From Octopus bimaculoides (lineage: Eukaryota): DNA of 39,275 nt. Under the pieces are notes generated by a model. It saw nothing but the letters and a program-made list of their open reading frames with translations. It was not told where the DNA came from and ran no database searches. Of this stretch, positions 22,138 to 34,529 are shown in pieces (the stretch's first letter is position 1; each line of letters begins with the position of its first letter). The stretch is from positions 112,845,989-112,885,263 of the forward strand of contig NC_068981.1 in NCBI RefSeq assembly GCF_001194135.2, given 5' to 3'. The translations under genes were made by a program, and so were the position numbers.

Positions 22138-23750
22138 CTGTGATTGGTTAGGTTGCATATTGATGCGCAATAGATTAAGAGATAAATTGCGTCAATATCA
22201 ACCAATCAGAGTGGTAGACACAACAGGGTCCAAACAGTAGCGAAAAGGTAGCTGTTATCTGCTACGTTCGAGTGTATGTATATATAACAGAGAGAGGAAG
22301 TTCACTAGAGTTTGCTATAGACAGATCCCCCACAAGTCATTTTGTGGGAGACAAAATAGACGATAAAAGGAAAGTATTTCTGTACCAAAGAGGTGAAAAG
22401 AGTTGCATAGCCAGCAAAACTTGATGTGCAAACATGATGGACCTATGTTCAGCTAAGTGGAAATCACGGGAATACGAAGAATTAAGGTAAATGAGAGAAC
22501 ATTGGCTGCTGTGAGAATGAGCAATGCCAAGAATTTGCCCGCAAAACAGTGAGTCGCTTGCAGAAGCAAAGGCTGTAGGTGCTAGAAAAGCGACAGTAAC
22601 TAGCAAAGTGAGTCAAGCTATAAAGATGGTGGCGAAAGAAAGAAATTCCAACATGCAAGAAACTTCGTGTTGATCAGGCACCAAAGGAAGAAAATGCATG
22701 GAACGTTATGTGATGCACGGAAAGATGCGTTTAGAAGAGGTGGTTTGTGCATCCTACAAACCAAAGAAGAAACACGTAACAAAAACATGTAAGGAGCTTT
22801 TTTTTGCCAGATGAGAAAAGGCTCGAGAAAAACCTTCTGCTAGAATATACCTAGAAATGTGTCGGAGTGGATAGCACGAGGCAGACAGCATATATACATG
22901 TATGTATGTATGAACGTTGAGCAAAAAATTTTTTTAAATATGAACAAAACATTTAACAATCAAAACAGGAACAAGGAAAAACATTCAGCAAAGAAAGGTG
23001 TCCATCAAATAGAACAAAACATATATATACAATGATACAGAAAGAGATAAAATGTGAATATAGTGTCTATAATAACATAAGTCTATTCTCTGGAGCAGTC
23101 ACTGGCAAGGCAAAGTTAAGAAATGTAAATAGTCTGAGACACAGAATGTCTGACATGCAAACACGATAACAACTGTCCAGGAAACTGGAAATCATAGGAT
23201 GCAAAAGTCAAAGTGCTTGAGATACAATGCTGGCTGCTGAGACATGAGCAGTGCCAAGACTTTGCCTGTAAGGGCAGTGAGTCGCTTGTAGTGGAAAAAA
23301 AAAAATGTTGTTAGTCTGCAAGAGCGGTAGGTCACTTGCAGAGGCTAATGTTGTAAGTCTGTAAGAGCAGTGGGTTACTTGCAGAGGCTGCAGGTGCTAG
23401 CATGCAGGAGCATGAGAAAGCTGTCTGTAGCAAACTCTAGTGAACTTCCTCTCTCTATTATATATGCATACATTCAAACATAGCAGGTAACAGCTAACCT
23501 TTGGCCGCTGTTTGGACCCTGTTGTGTCCACCACTCTGATTGGTTGATATTGGTGCAATTTGTCTCTTACTCTATCATGTGCCAATATGCAACCTAACCA
23601 ATCGCAGAGTAAGAGACAAATTTCACCAATATCAACCAATCAGAGTAGTGGACACAACAGGGTCCAAACAGTGGCCAAAGGTTAGCTGTTATCTGCTACG
23701 TTTGAATGTATGCATATATAATAGAGAGAAGTTCACTAGAGTTTGCTGCA
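22138..23750. mobile_element. Non-coding element with ~190-bp terminal inverted repeats plus a third fold-back arm (MITE/foldback-like)
   Basis: 22138-22326 is inverted relative to 23420-23607. 23606-23750 is inverted relative to 23426-23573, with a 32-nt spacer. There is an internal direct repeat at 22503-22560 and 23231-23288. Confidence 0.8.
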
Positions 23751-24394
23751 TATTTATTACATGAAAATATATTTTATTCTTCTTTCAATGATGATACATA
23801 GAATCAAATTGTAGAAGGTAGTTAAATGAAGTAATCTATGCAAGAAAGTTCAGAGATAGAAAATGTAGAATAACAGCTAAGTGGTGGTGGACATAGCAAC
23901 AACATGGATGGCTCTAAAAACTAATAAGCAAAAGGATGGGTTCGCAAGCTGTTATTATTAATGGAAAGCCAGACATTCTAGAAACTTCCAAGAGAAATGC
24001 TAAGCTTCTTGAATAATTAAGATTCCCATGACACAGACGCTTTGAGAAACTTAGAAAAGGGAGGTTACTCTATGATCTTTCTTGCAAGGGAGATCATTCA
24101 ACTATTTATCTACCTACACCACTACAGTACATTTGGCTAAATGATACTAGAGTATCATTCAGCGTGATGAAACAACACATAATTCCAAATATTTGTAAAG
24201 TACAGGTTTGAATAGAACAAAACCAAGTACTTCTAATAAGGTATGGTAATGATCTTGTCTCGTTCAAACTTATTAAATAATTTCAAACAAATGTGTCCAG
24301 CATTTACAACTAGCCTTTGTTGAGATGTTGGAAAACATTTTAGGGGAAAAATATACACATTTACAAAATTACCTATATTTGCAAGGAATATCAA

Positions 24395-27300
24395 CATCAT
24401 CTTCATCATCATTTAATGTCCATTTTCCATGTTGGCATGGGTTGGACGGCTTGATTGAAAACTGCTAAGCCAGGAAGCTGCACCAGGTTCTGATCTGATT
24501 TGGCAAGGTTTCTACAGCTGGAGGCCCTTCCTAATGCCAACTACTCTGAGAGTGTAGGGGTGTGTTTTATGTGCCACCAGCATGGATACCATTGACCTGA
24601 CACCAGCATTGGCCACCACTACAGTCTTACATGGCTTGACAGGTCTACACAAGCATGGTATATTGTCAAACGTCTCAGTCGCCTGTAACTGCCTCCATGA
24701 GGCCCAATGCTCAAACAGTGCTGTTTATGTGCCACTGGCTTGGGTGCCAGTCAGACGACATTGGCATTGGCCACAACTACGATTTCACTTAACTCAACAG
24801 GTCTTCACAGGCACAGCATATCATCCACCATTTGATGGGTGCTTTTAATAGGCCAGTTACGTGACACTGGCATTGGTCACAACTACGATCTCACTTGGTT
24901 TGATGGGTTTTCTCAAGCACGGAATATCGCCAAAGGTCTCAGTCACTTGTCATTGCCTCCATGAGGCCCAACATTCAAAGATTGTGCTTCACCACCTTGT
25001 CTCATGTCTTCCTGGATCTACCTGTTCCATAGGTTCTCTCTACCATTAGAGTGTAACACTTCTTCAAACAGCTGTCCTTGATCATACACATCACATGACT
25101 AAACCAGTGCAGTCATCTCTCTTGCACACCACATCTGATGCCTCTTATGTCCAACTTTTATCTCAAGATGCTTGCACTCTGTTGTGCATGCACAGTGACA
25201 TTACTCATCCAGTGAAGCATACTAGCTTTTTTTCTTAAAAGCCTATGCTTGTCCTCTGCAGTCACAGCCCATGTTACACTGCTGTGTAGCATGGCTATTC
25301 ACACACAGGCATCATACAATCTGCCTTACACTCTGAGTGAGAGGCCCTTTGTTACCAGCATAGGTAGAAGCTCTCTGAACTTTGCCCAGCCAATTCTTAT
25401 TCTAGCAGCTATGCTCTCGGAGCATCCACCCCAACCACTGACCTTGTCACCTAGGTAATGGAAGCTATCAATTACCAGTTTTACCCCTAGCTTGTGATGA
25501 AATCTATTTTCTGTACATTTTTAGTATTTATTGTACCTATTCACCTTCCACATGCAAAACCTATTTTTCCAGTTAACCTTCCTTTGATATTTCTGCACTT
25601 CTTATGTGTCCATAGCTTACACTGGGTACATCTTACGGAGTTTCTACCTACACCTTTTCTACTGATCAAGCCTGGCTCTCTACCTGAAGGGATTTGTGAT
25701 TTGTCTGCTTTCCAACTTATTAAGACTTTGTTTTTTGCTAGGTCAACTCTAAGGCCCTTCGATTCTAGACCTTGATTCTGTACTTGAAACTTCTCTAGTT
25801 CTGGTACTGATTCAGCTATAAGAGCAAGGTCATCAGCATAGAGGTGCTCCGAGGGGCAGCCTGTCTTGAATTCTTCTGTTATTGCCTGGAGGACTATAAG
25901 AGGGGCCTGAGGACTGATCTTTGGTAAACCCCTACTTGTACCCTGAATTCTTCACTATACTCATTGCCAACCCTCACCTTACTGACAGCGTCTCTGTAAG
26001 TGGCTTGTACAGCTCTTGCCAACCACTCATCTTTCCCTAGTTTCTGCATTGACCACCAGATAAGGAATCAGGGTACCCTGTCAAAGGCTTTCTCCATGTC
26101 AACAAAGGCCAAGTACTGAGGTTTATCTTTGGCTAGGTATTTCTCCTGCAGCTGCCTTACCAGAAAAATAGCATCAGTGGTGCTTCTCTCTAGCACAAAA
26201 CCAAACTGCATCTCATCTAAACTAACTCTTTCTAGTTAGTTGGGCTATGACCCTCTCCATAACTTTCATCACCTGATGCGACAGTTTGATACTTCTGTAA
26301 TTACTTCTATCCTAAGGCATCAAATTTACCTTTCTAGCTGTTGACTATGGTGCTTCTACACCAGTCATTAGGTATAACTCCTTTGTGTACCACCTGGTTA
26401 ACTACATGGGTGACAAGACCATAGCCTATACTGCCAGATATTTTAAGCATCTCAGCAGTGATTCCTGATGGGCTGAAGGCTTACCCTGTCTTCATATCTT
26501 TCATTGTTTTATCTACCAAGGTACAGTCAATTCGGAAAGCTGGTCCCTCAGTTGGGTCAACATTTGGCAGACACTGTTTCTCCCATTCATTCTCTTCATT
26601 TAGTAGCCTTTCATAATGGCTTTCCAAGTCTCTTTTTTTGCAGCATCATTAAATGCAAGTAACCCATCATCCATGTAGACACATCATGATTTTCTCTCAC
26701 ACACTGTCTTGCAATTCGAAACACTTCAAGTCTCTGGTCTTCATGACACAGAAAATTGGCAAAGTCTTCTTTTCTGCTTCCCCTCTGGCTAAGTGTACCT
26801 TTCTCCTAGCTTCCATTTTGGTTATCTGATACAGTTCCCTGCTACCAGCACACTTCCAGTCTTGTTTCTTTTCTCTACTGGCCTTGTCAACTATCATGTT
26901 CCACCACCATGTCACCTTAGATCAAGAGGGGACTTTGCTCCTGCCACAGACCTGGTCAGTAGCCCTCAACAGGTTGTCCCATAGGAACTTGCAGTTTTCT
27001 TCCATGTTATATGATGCTATATCCCCCTCTTTTTCATCAAAAGCTTTGAGTAATACATCTCTAAACCTCTGTCCATTCAGAGGATCCTTAAACTTCTAGA
27101 CCTTTCTTTTCCACACTGGTTGTTTTTGGCCCTGCTCCCAAAGTTGCTAACAACTAACCTTTGTTGTGGGGTGCATTATTCACCTGGGTAAGTTTTGGCA
27201 TTTATAAGTAGCCAACTTTCTCATTTCTTGGTGAGAATGTAGTCAATCTGACTAGTGTTCCCACCGGATTGGTAGGTGAACAAGTGGCTGGCAGGTTTCC

Positions 27301-27805
27301 TGAACTTAGTATTGCAGATCATCAGATCATTTGCGTCACAGAACTCCAGCAGCCTGGTTCCCTCCTAGTTGCAGGAACCAAATCTGTTGCCACCATGCTC
27401 ACTATGGAAGCTACCTGGATGTTGTCCACCATGCCCATTGAAGTTGCCAGCTACAAAGAGAAGGTCCCTGTAATTCGTTGATGAGGTAGTGTGCAAGAAT
27501 GTGTCATAAAATAGGTCTTTCTGTTTATCAGGTAGATCTGGCTGAAGGGCATAGGCTGAGATAATGGTTGCTAACCCATGTTGCAGTAGTAGTCAAATCT
27601 TAAGTATTCTATCACAGACTCTGACTACTTTGATTACTTTATCAACCCATTTCTTGGCAAAGAGTATACTGATGCCCCCAATCCCATCACTGTTCCATAC
27701 CCAGAAAATCTATGCTCTTTGCCTGTGAGCAACCTAGCAGAACCTCCTCTCTGTTTTGCTTCTTGGATGCAACACAAATCTACATGCCTCCGTTTGAGCA
27801 TCTCA
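24395..27805 (-). mobile_element. Near full-length but decayed RTE LINE (APE endonuclease, RT with PHD remnant, 3' UTR)
   Basis: Minus strand reads EMLKRRHVDLCCIQE (27760-27804), TIISAYA, LFVAGNFNGH, SQIDYIL, KAFDRVP, LYADD and SFHYLG. The (CAT)n tail starts at 24395, and there are many frameshifts and stops. Confidence 0.92.
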
Positions 27806-28210
27806 GGGAGACAGCATTTTGCATCTGAAAAGAAAACTCATGTGCGTTTGGCAGACAGTGTAAAAGTACAAATAGGTTTCAACCTGAATACACATCACCA
27901 TCATTTTATTCACTTCGCAATCACTTTGTTTACCAGGAAACAGACACTAGATAGTGGTGGAAGGGAGAGAGCATTCTGTATAGGTAACCATTAGAGTTGC
28001 TAGGAGAAAGACTTCCAGTAGAGGTTAGAGGAGAAAGACTTCTGGTACAGGCTGTAGAGGTGGGTGAGGAGGGCACACCATGGAAGCACTATTTTCTAGC
28101 TAAAGGTGGTGTAACATATCCACAAATAAAGCAAATGCTGCTAATTAACAATGAACATGGGAAAGCAAGGATACAGACATAATATGGGCAAGCGAATATA
28201 GTGGGTAACA

Positions 28211-28215
<5 letters not shown>

Positions 28216-28255
<40 letters not shown>
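28216..28255. repeat. (GA)20 microsatellite
   Basis: Read directly. Confidence 0.98.
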
Positions 28256-28267
<12 letters not shown>

Positions 28268-28391
28268 TGAAATTTTCAAGAATTAGGGCTGCAGTAGATG
28301 AAAACAATAGAACATTTGGATAAGATAGTGGGTAGCAAAACAAATGAAGAGATGTAATATTTTGAGATTTAGAGCAACAGTAAACAGAAAC

Positions 28392-28545
28392 AATCAAAAT
28401 ATCTATATTTGAAAAATTATCAAAATATTAATATTTGCAGAAATATTAAAATGTCAACATTTGCAGAATGATCAAAATACCAATTTTTGCAGTATTATCA
28501 AAATACTATCAAAATATAATTTGTGGAGCTATACAAATACTAACA
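28392..28545. repeat. Degenerate ~26-nt minisatellite
   Basis: About four to five copies of a(a/t)tatcaaaata.yaayatttgcag. Confidence 0.6.
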
Positions 28546-29456
28546 CTTTAGCATTCAGATTATTCAGTCACATGTAATGCTTATTTATTCATTGTTTTGA
28601 ATTTATCATGTATTATCATATAGCCTTGACATTTTGATCAGATTGTTTATTTTTATAATAATATTGTAGGATATATTTGAGAGGTTGGATTTAGCCTGTT
28701 TGAACATAAAACAAGTTAAATATTTGGGCCTGATAAAACTGGTTTAAATGCAAACGGATTAATACAAGTAAACATTGAATTTCCATTTATATAGCAATAT
28801 CCACATTTACAAAATAATCACGTTTTCAGAGCTACCAAACTATTTTCATTTGCAAAAACTAGAGGTGAAAGAGATTTTAAAGTGGGTTTGTTATTTTGTT
28901 GTCAGTATTTATGCCAAAATGGCCAAGATAGTAAAGTGACAAACTAAATGCATTTCAGCACATTGCTTTATTGTGCAATTTCAAATCCTGCCAGTGTTAA
29001 TTTTATCTTTTATATATAAGTGGTTGACAGAACAAGTTGCAATAATAAATGATATTGAATGATTCAGTTGACTATTCCCCATCACTTCTGAAAATTGATA
29101 AAATGCCTAATCAAAAGAAATCACTTTTAAAATATTCTAAAATGATAGAAATTAAAAGTACAATACTGTATAGTTTTCTGAAACCAGTTCCTCTTGTAAG
29201 TTCAGTACACTTAGAAAATCAATATTATAATATTTTACAAACAATAATAGAAAGAAATTTACTATTGACTATTATGATCTTTGTTTTCATTTGTTTTTCA
29301 AGACCATTAATTTATAAATGCTCTTAAAGAAATAATATCTGCCATAATCTGTAAATGTATTTGTGTATTCAATTGAAGAACTTAACTGAGTTCTATCTGA
29401 AATATTGATTGAATAAATTTAATTATCAATATCTCACACTTCTGGCTTATTTTTAG

Positions 29457-29858
29457 ACTCATGTGGAAATATACACTATGGAAAAAGAAATGGAAAGTCT
29501 TCAGATATCTGCTGCTCTATTTGAAGTAAACATTCCCGACTTCAAACAACTGAAGCAATGCCGCAGGGATCTACGTTTGCTGAAGCATCTTTGGGATTAT
29601 ATTGAAATTGTGTGTTCCTGTATTTCAGAGTGGAAATGTACACTGTGGGTAGACATTAATGTTGACCATATGGACATGGCTTGTAAGATATTTGCAAAGG
29701 ACATCAGGATGATGGATAAAGAATTGCGAACATGGGATGTTTATTCAGGAGTAGAAAGTAATGTGAAGAATGTAATAACATCACTTCGTGCCATTGGAGA
29801 TTTACAGAGCCCAGCTATTCGTGATCGTCACTGGCAACAGTTGATGACAGCTACAAAG
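29457..29858 (+). CDS. DNAH9/DNAH17: Dynein heavy chain exon 5, DHC_N2 region (THVEIYTME...PAIRDRHWQQLMTATK)
   Basis: Acceptor ttttag (ends 29456), donor gtaaat (29859), 402 nt = 134 codons. It carries the LFEV.IPD.KQL..CR, LK.LWD and PAIR.RHW.QLM motifs. No further exon was recognised in 29859-39275. Confidence 0.95.
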
Positions 29859-30358
29859 GTAAATGAATTCTAGGTTTTTTTGTAGCCCAATATTCCATTA
29901 TTTTTCTCATTACTATATGTAATGATGACAACAAGTCATTACATTCACTTCTAAAACATTCCTGTCCAGGGGTTTACAAAACATTCCTCATAACCTATAT
30001 AAAATTTAGATCCAAATTCTGTTTGCATGTGTGCTCCTTGTTTTCAGATTAAACTGTGCATTGTGATGGTAAAATGTTTTGACCTATGTACTTTTAGGCA
30101 TAAGCGCTTGTACCTGAAGAAATTTCAAAGGAATCTGATTACTAGAAGAATTTTGTACACTAATATAGCAAAGCATGAAAAAACTTGTTGCCACTTATTA
30201 ATTGGAAAAAAATTAAAAGAATATGTTAACAGCATACATGCACGCACACATCTCATTTAGACTCAGATACAAGTCATGCATAAGTATATCATGCACATAC
30301 ACATGAACACATGCATATACATATGCATGCACATGCATACATACACACATACATGCAT

Positions 30359-30651
30359 GTAATATTTATTCCCACCTATACGTGAGAGTTCTATAAGAAC
30401 AGACGATACTGCTATTTTAACCTCAGGAAGATCCCTCATCCAGCTGGTTATTCAGTGCTCTTTGCACTTGATATATATATTGCAGGTGGGGAGAGATCTC
30501 CTTACTATCCTAGCTTGGAGACCACCATATCACATGATTTCAATCTTATTTGATTATCCTCAGTGATGGATACTTGTCTGCTAGACATAGTGGTAGGTTT
30601 TTCTAGCTCACAATATATATGAAAACAGTGTCATACAGTCACTGGTCTTGC
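30359..30651. mobile_element. Truncated copy of the adjacent MITE, in opposite orientation
   Basis: Reverse complement of about 30800-31083 (roughly 75-80% identical). It has one terminal repeat plus the interior. Confidence 0.8.
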
Positions 30652-30697
30652 AACTAGCAAACTAGCTTGTTAAGGAAATCTCTATTAGGGATGAAAG

Positions 30698-31100
30698 CAG
30701 TGTTTATACCGAGAAGTAATGTTTATTGCCACATAAACATAGGTGTTCTATAGGAACCGAAAATACTGTAATTTTAATCGCAGGAGGATGCTTCCTCCAG
30801 CAAGGCCAGTGACTGTGTGACACTGTTTTTCTATATATTGTGAGCTGGGGCAACTATTGCTATGTCTAGCAGATGAGAATCAATCATTGAGGATGATCAA
30901 ATAAAATCAAAATCATGTGACATGGTGGTCTCTGAGCTAGAATAGTAGGGAGTTCTCTCCCTGCTTGCAATATATATGAAGTGTGAAGTGCACTGAATAA
31001 TTAGCTGGGAGGCACCCCCTGGGGTTAAAGTAGCAGTATCATCTGTTCTTATAGAACATGTTTATGTGGCAAAAAACATTACATCGCAGTATAAATACTG
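30698..31100. mobile_element. ~400-bp MITE with ~100-bp terminal inverted repeats
   Basis: cagtgtttataccgagaagtaatgtttattgccacataaacat..gttctata at the left end mirrors the right end (31003-31100). The termini are CAGT/ACTG, and no clear TSD was found. Confidence 0.75.
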
Positions 31101-31104
31101 ATTT

Positions 31105-33391
31105 CATCATCATCATCGTTTAACGTCCGCTTTCCATGCTAGCATGAGTTGGACGATTTGACTGAGGACTGGTGAACCAGATGGCTGCACCAGGCTCCAA
31201 TCTGATCTGGCAGAGTTTCTACAGCTGGATGCCCTTCCTAACGCCAACCACTCCGAGAGTGTAGTGGACGCTTTTACGTGCCACCGGCACAAGGGCCAGT
31301 AACACGGTACTGGCAACAGCTATGCTCAAAATGGTGTTTTTTACATGCCACCTGTACAGGAGCCAGTCCAGCAGCACTGGCAACGACCTCGCTCGAATGA
31401 TTTTCTAACGTGCCAGTAAGGCGATGCTGGTAACGATCATGCTCAAATGGTGCTATTTACAGGCCACTAGCACGGAAACTAGACAGCTGCTCTGGCAATG
31501 ATCACACTCGGACAGTTCTGTTAGTGTTCCACTGGCACAGGTGCCAGTCATCGAATATGGTTCAATTACGATTTTAATTTCACTTGCCCCAACAGGTCTT
31601 CGCAAGCAGAGTTTAGTGTTCAATGAAGGAGATGTTGGCATGGGTGCCAGTCGTCGAATTTGGTTCGATTTTGATTTCAAATTCACTTGCCTCAACAGGT
31701 CTTCGCAAGCAGAGTTTAATGTCCAATGAAGTAAAGATATGAATAAGTGAACTGGCTACACTTCTGGCAGAGGCCACATTATGCTCTCACTTGGCTTGCC
31801 GGGTCTTGTCACATGCTGCATATTTCCAAAGGTCCCGGTCACTAGTCATTGCCTCGGTGAGGCCTAAAGTTCGAAGGTCGTGCTTCACCACCTCATCCCA
31901 AGTCTTCCTGGGTCTACCTCTTCCACAGGTTCCCTAAACTGCTAGAGTGTGGCACTTTTTCACACAGCTATCCTCATCCATTCTTGCCACATGTCCATAC
32001 CAACGCAATCGTCTCTCTTGCACACCACAACTGATGCTTCTTAGATCTAACTTTTCTCTCAAGGTACTTAGACTTTGTCGAGTATGCACACTGACATTAC
32101 ACATCCATTGGAACATACTGGCTTCGTTTCTTGTGAGCTTACGCATGTCCTCAGCAGTCACGGCTCATGTTTCACTGCCATGTAGCATGGTTGTTCGTAC
32201 ACATGCGTCATACAGTCTGCCTTTTACTCTGAGTGAGAGGCCATTTGTCACCAGCAGAGATAAGAGCTCTCTAAACTTTGTCCAAGCTATTCTTATTCTA
32301 GCTGCTACACTTTCAGTGCACCCTCGTCCACTACAAACTTGGTCACCTAGGTAGTGGAAGCTATCAACTACTTCTAGTTTTTCTCCCTGGAGTGTGGCAA
32401 AGGTTGTTTTCTGCACATTATCAGTGTTTATTGCTCCCGAGCATCTGCCACATACAAAAATTATCTTGCTAGTTAGCCTTCCTTTGATATTGCTGCACCT
32501 CTTATGTGTCCATAGCTTACACTGGGGACATCTTATGGAGTTTCTACCTACGCCTTTTCTACAGATTGAGCAGGACCATCTACCTGAAGGGGTTTGTGTT
32601 TTGTCTACCTTCCTACTTGTTAGGACTTTGGTTTTAGCTAGGTTGACTCTAAGGCCCTTCGATTCCAGTCCTTGCTTCCACACCTGAAACTTCTCCTCTA
32701 GTTCTGATAGTGACTCAGCAATTAGGGCAAGGTCGTCAGCATAGAGGAGCTCCCAGGGGCATCCTGTCTTGAATTCCTCTGTTATCGCCTGGAGGACTAT
32801 GCTGAATAGGAGGGGGCTGAGGACAGAACCTTGGTGGACCCCTACCTCTACGCGGAATTCTTCACTATACTCATTGCCAACTCTCACCTTACTGACAGTG
32901 TCTCTGTACATGGCTCGCACAGCTCTCACTAACCATTCTTCTATTTCTAGTTTTCTCATTGACCACCAGATAAGAGATCGGGGGACCCTGTCAAAAGCTT
33001 TCTCCATGTCAACGAAAGCTAGGTACAGAGGTTTATCCCTGGCTAGGTATTTCTCCTACGGCTGTCTTACCAGAAATATAGCATCAGTGGTTCTTTTCCC
33101 TGGAACGAACCCAAACTGCATCTCATCTAAACTGACTCTCTCCCTAATTAGTTGGGCTATGACCCTCTCAGTGACCCTCATTACCTGGTCCAAGCAGTTG
33201 ACTATGGTGCTGCTACACCAGTCATTGGGTATTAGTCCTTCGTGTATCACCTGATTAACTATACAGGTGACTAGGCTATAGCCGACACTGCCAGATATTT
33301 TGAGCATCTCTGCAGTGATTCCTGATGGGCCAGGGGCTTTCTCTGTCTTCATACTCTTGATCGCTTTATCTACCAAGGTACTGTCAATCAA
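31105..33391 (-). mobile_element. Young 5'-truncated RTE LINE covering the RT region
   Basis: A single frame runs 33391-31787 with three premature stops. It contains KAPGPSG, QFGFVPG, KAFDRVP, GVHQGSVLSPLLF, LLYADD (32732-32743), PHD and SFHYLG. Candidate 12-bp TSD: aaatactgattt (31093-31104) / aaataaagattt (33390-33401). Confidence 0.97.
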
Positions 33392-34404
33392 ATAAAGATT
33401 TTCTTAATGAGCTAGTTTGCACACACACACACACCATCATCATCATCACCATTATGCTTAGAAGTGGTGAACAGTACCAGAATTTTCAACTCAAGTCAAA
33501 TATAACAAACTACTCTAAATTGTTGTTAGAGTATCTGCATAGATGGTGTCTGGACCAGCTAATTTCTTCATATAAGTTGTAACAATGAGTCGAACCAAAA
33601 AATGATATTTTGAAATCATTTAATATGCATGTTTCAGGTTTGCATAATATATAATAGGAAATGCATCCATTATGTGAGACCTTCCTGAATTAAAACATTT
33701 CAAAATATAAACCAGTTGATGGAAATAATTCAGTATATATGGTCAGAGCAGTAAGTTAGCTACTGAGTTTGGAGTAATATGTATAGAGAGCATGAGGGAA
33801 AGAGAGGAAACAAAAAAAAGAGTAAGTGGGGAGACAGAAAAAGAGAGAAAGAGAGAGCAAGAAGAAGAGAGACATATAAATTGAGGTAGTGGGAAAAGGA
33901 AAGAAAGTAAAGTGTCAAGTAAATGGTATTGAAAAGAAGTGAGATGGTTGTATTTATAAGTTTGCATGCATAATCTGTAGAAAAAGACAAAGAGTAGAGA
34001 ATTGGGAAAATCATGAATGCATGGGAGAGAATGGAGAGGAAATGAACCAAGTGTCAGAGTGTGGTTAAGAGTTTTGGTAGTGAAAGGAATTGGTTGTTAG
34101 GCACAATTAAAGTTGCTCTTACTTTGAGATGCAATCAGCAAAAGTATATCCAAACTTTAGGTCATAAGAACGATAAAGACTCAACAGTAGTACCTACACA
34201 TGACTCTATCTGATCTCCTGGTCAGAAAAGATTACTCCCCTGAAATGATCCCCACAACATATCTGTCAAACTTGACATCCTAGTGAACAATGGGGCTGTT
34301 GGAAGACCCCCACTTCTTGACATGACATCACTTCCCCTCGCTTCTTGTCAGGTTGTCATTTTTTCCTCATCACACCACTCCCGATCTAAAGATCACTGCT
34401 TTTG

Positions 34405-34520
34405 AAATTGTCCATCCAATGCTTGGTTTCTATGGCTGGATGTTCTTCCTAACACCAACCACTCCACAGAGTGTGCTAGGTGCTTTTTACACAGTGCCAG
34501 CATCAATGCTTTTTACATGG
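34405..34520 (-). mobile_element. Old RTE 3' tail fragment
   Basis: tttctatggctggatgttcttcctaacaccaaccactcc..agagtgtg.taggtgctttt matches the family tail. Confidence 0.7.
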
Positions 34521-34529
34521 CAGCTTTAT

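Noticed and set aside
23397-23764. Two similar ORFs on opposite strands (MVDIG...) suggesting a duplicated small gene
   Set aside because: They are a by-product of the palindrome. There are no splice signals, no recognisable protein motif, and an indel lies between the arms.
31161-31190. CUGAGGA-CUGG-UGAA-CCAG in the antisense strand of the RTE tail
   Set aside because: It is followed by AUGG rather than GAAA and has no stem III, so it is not a hammerhead.
32769-33254. Long antisense ORFs over RTE copies (also 7156-7773, 31947-32354, 25494-25775)
   Set aside because: These are shadow frames of the RT gene, with no independent evidence of coding.
33631-33690. tttcag acceptor-like site as a candidate next dynein exon
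   Set aside because: The translation (VCIIYNRKCIHYVRPS*) does not resemble the expected continuation and closes quickly.
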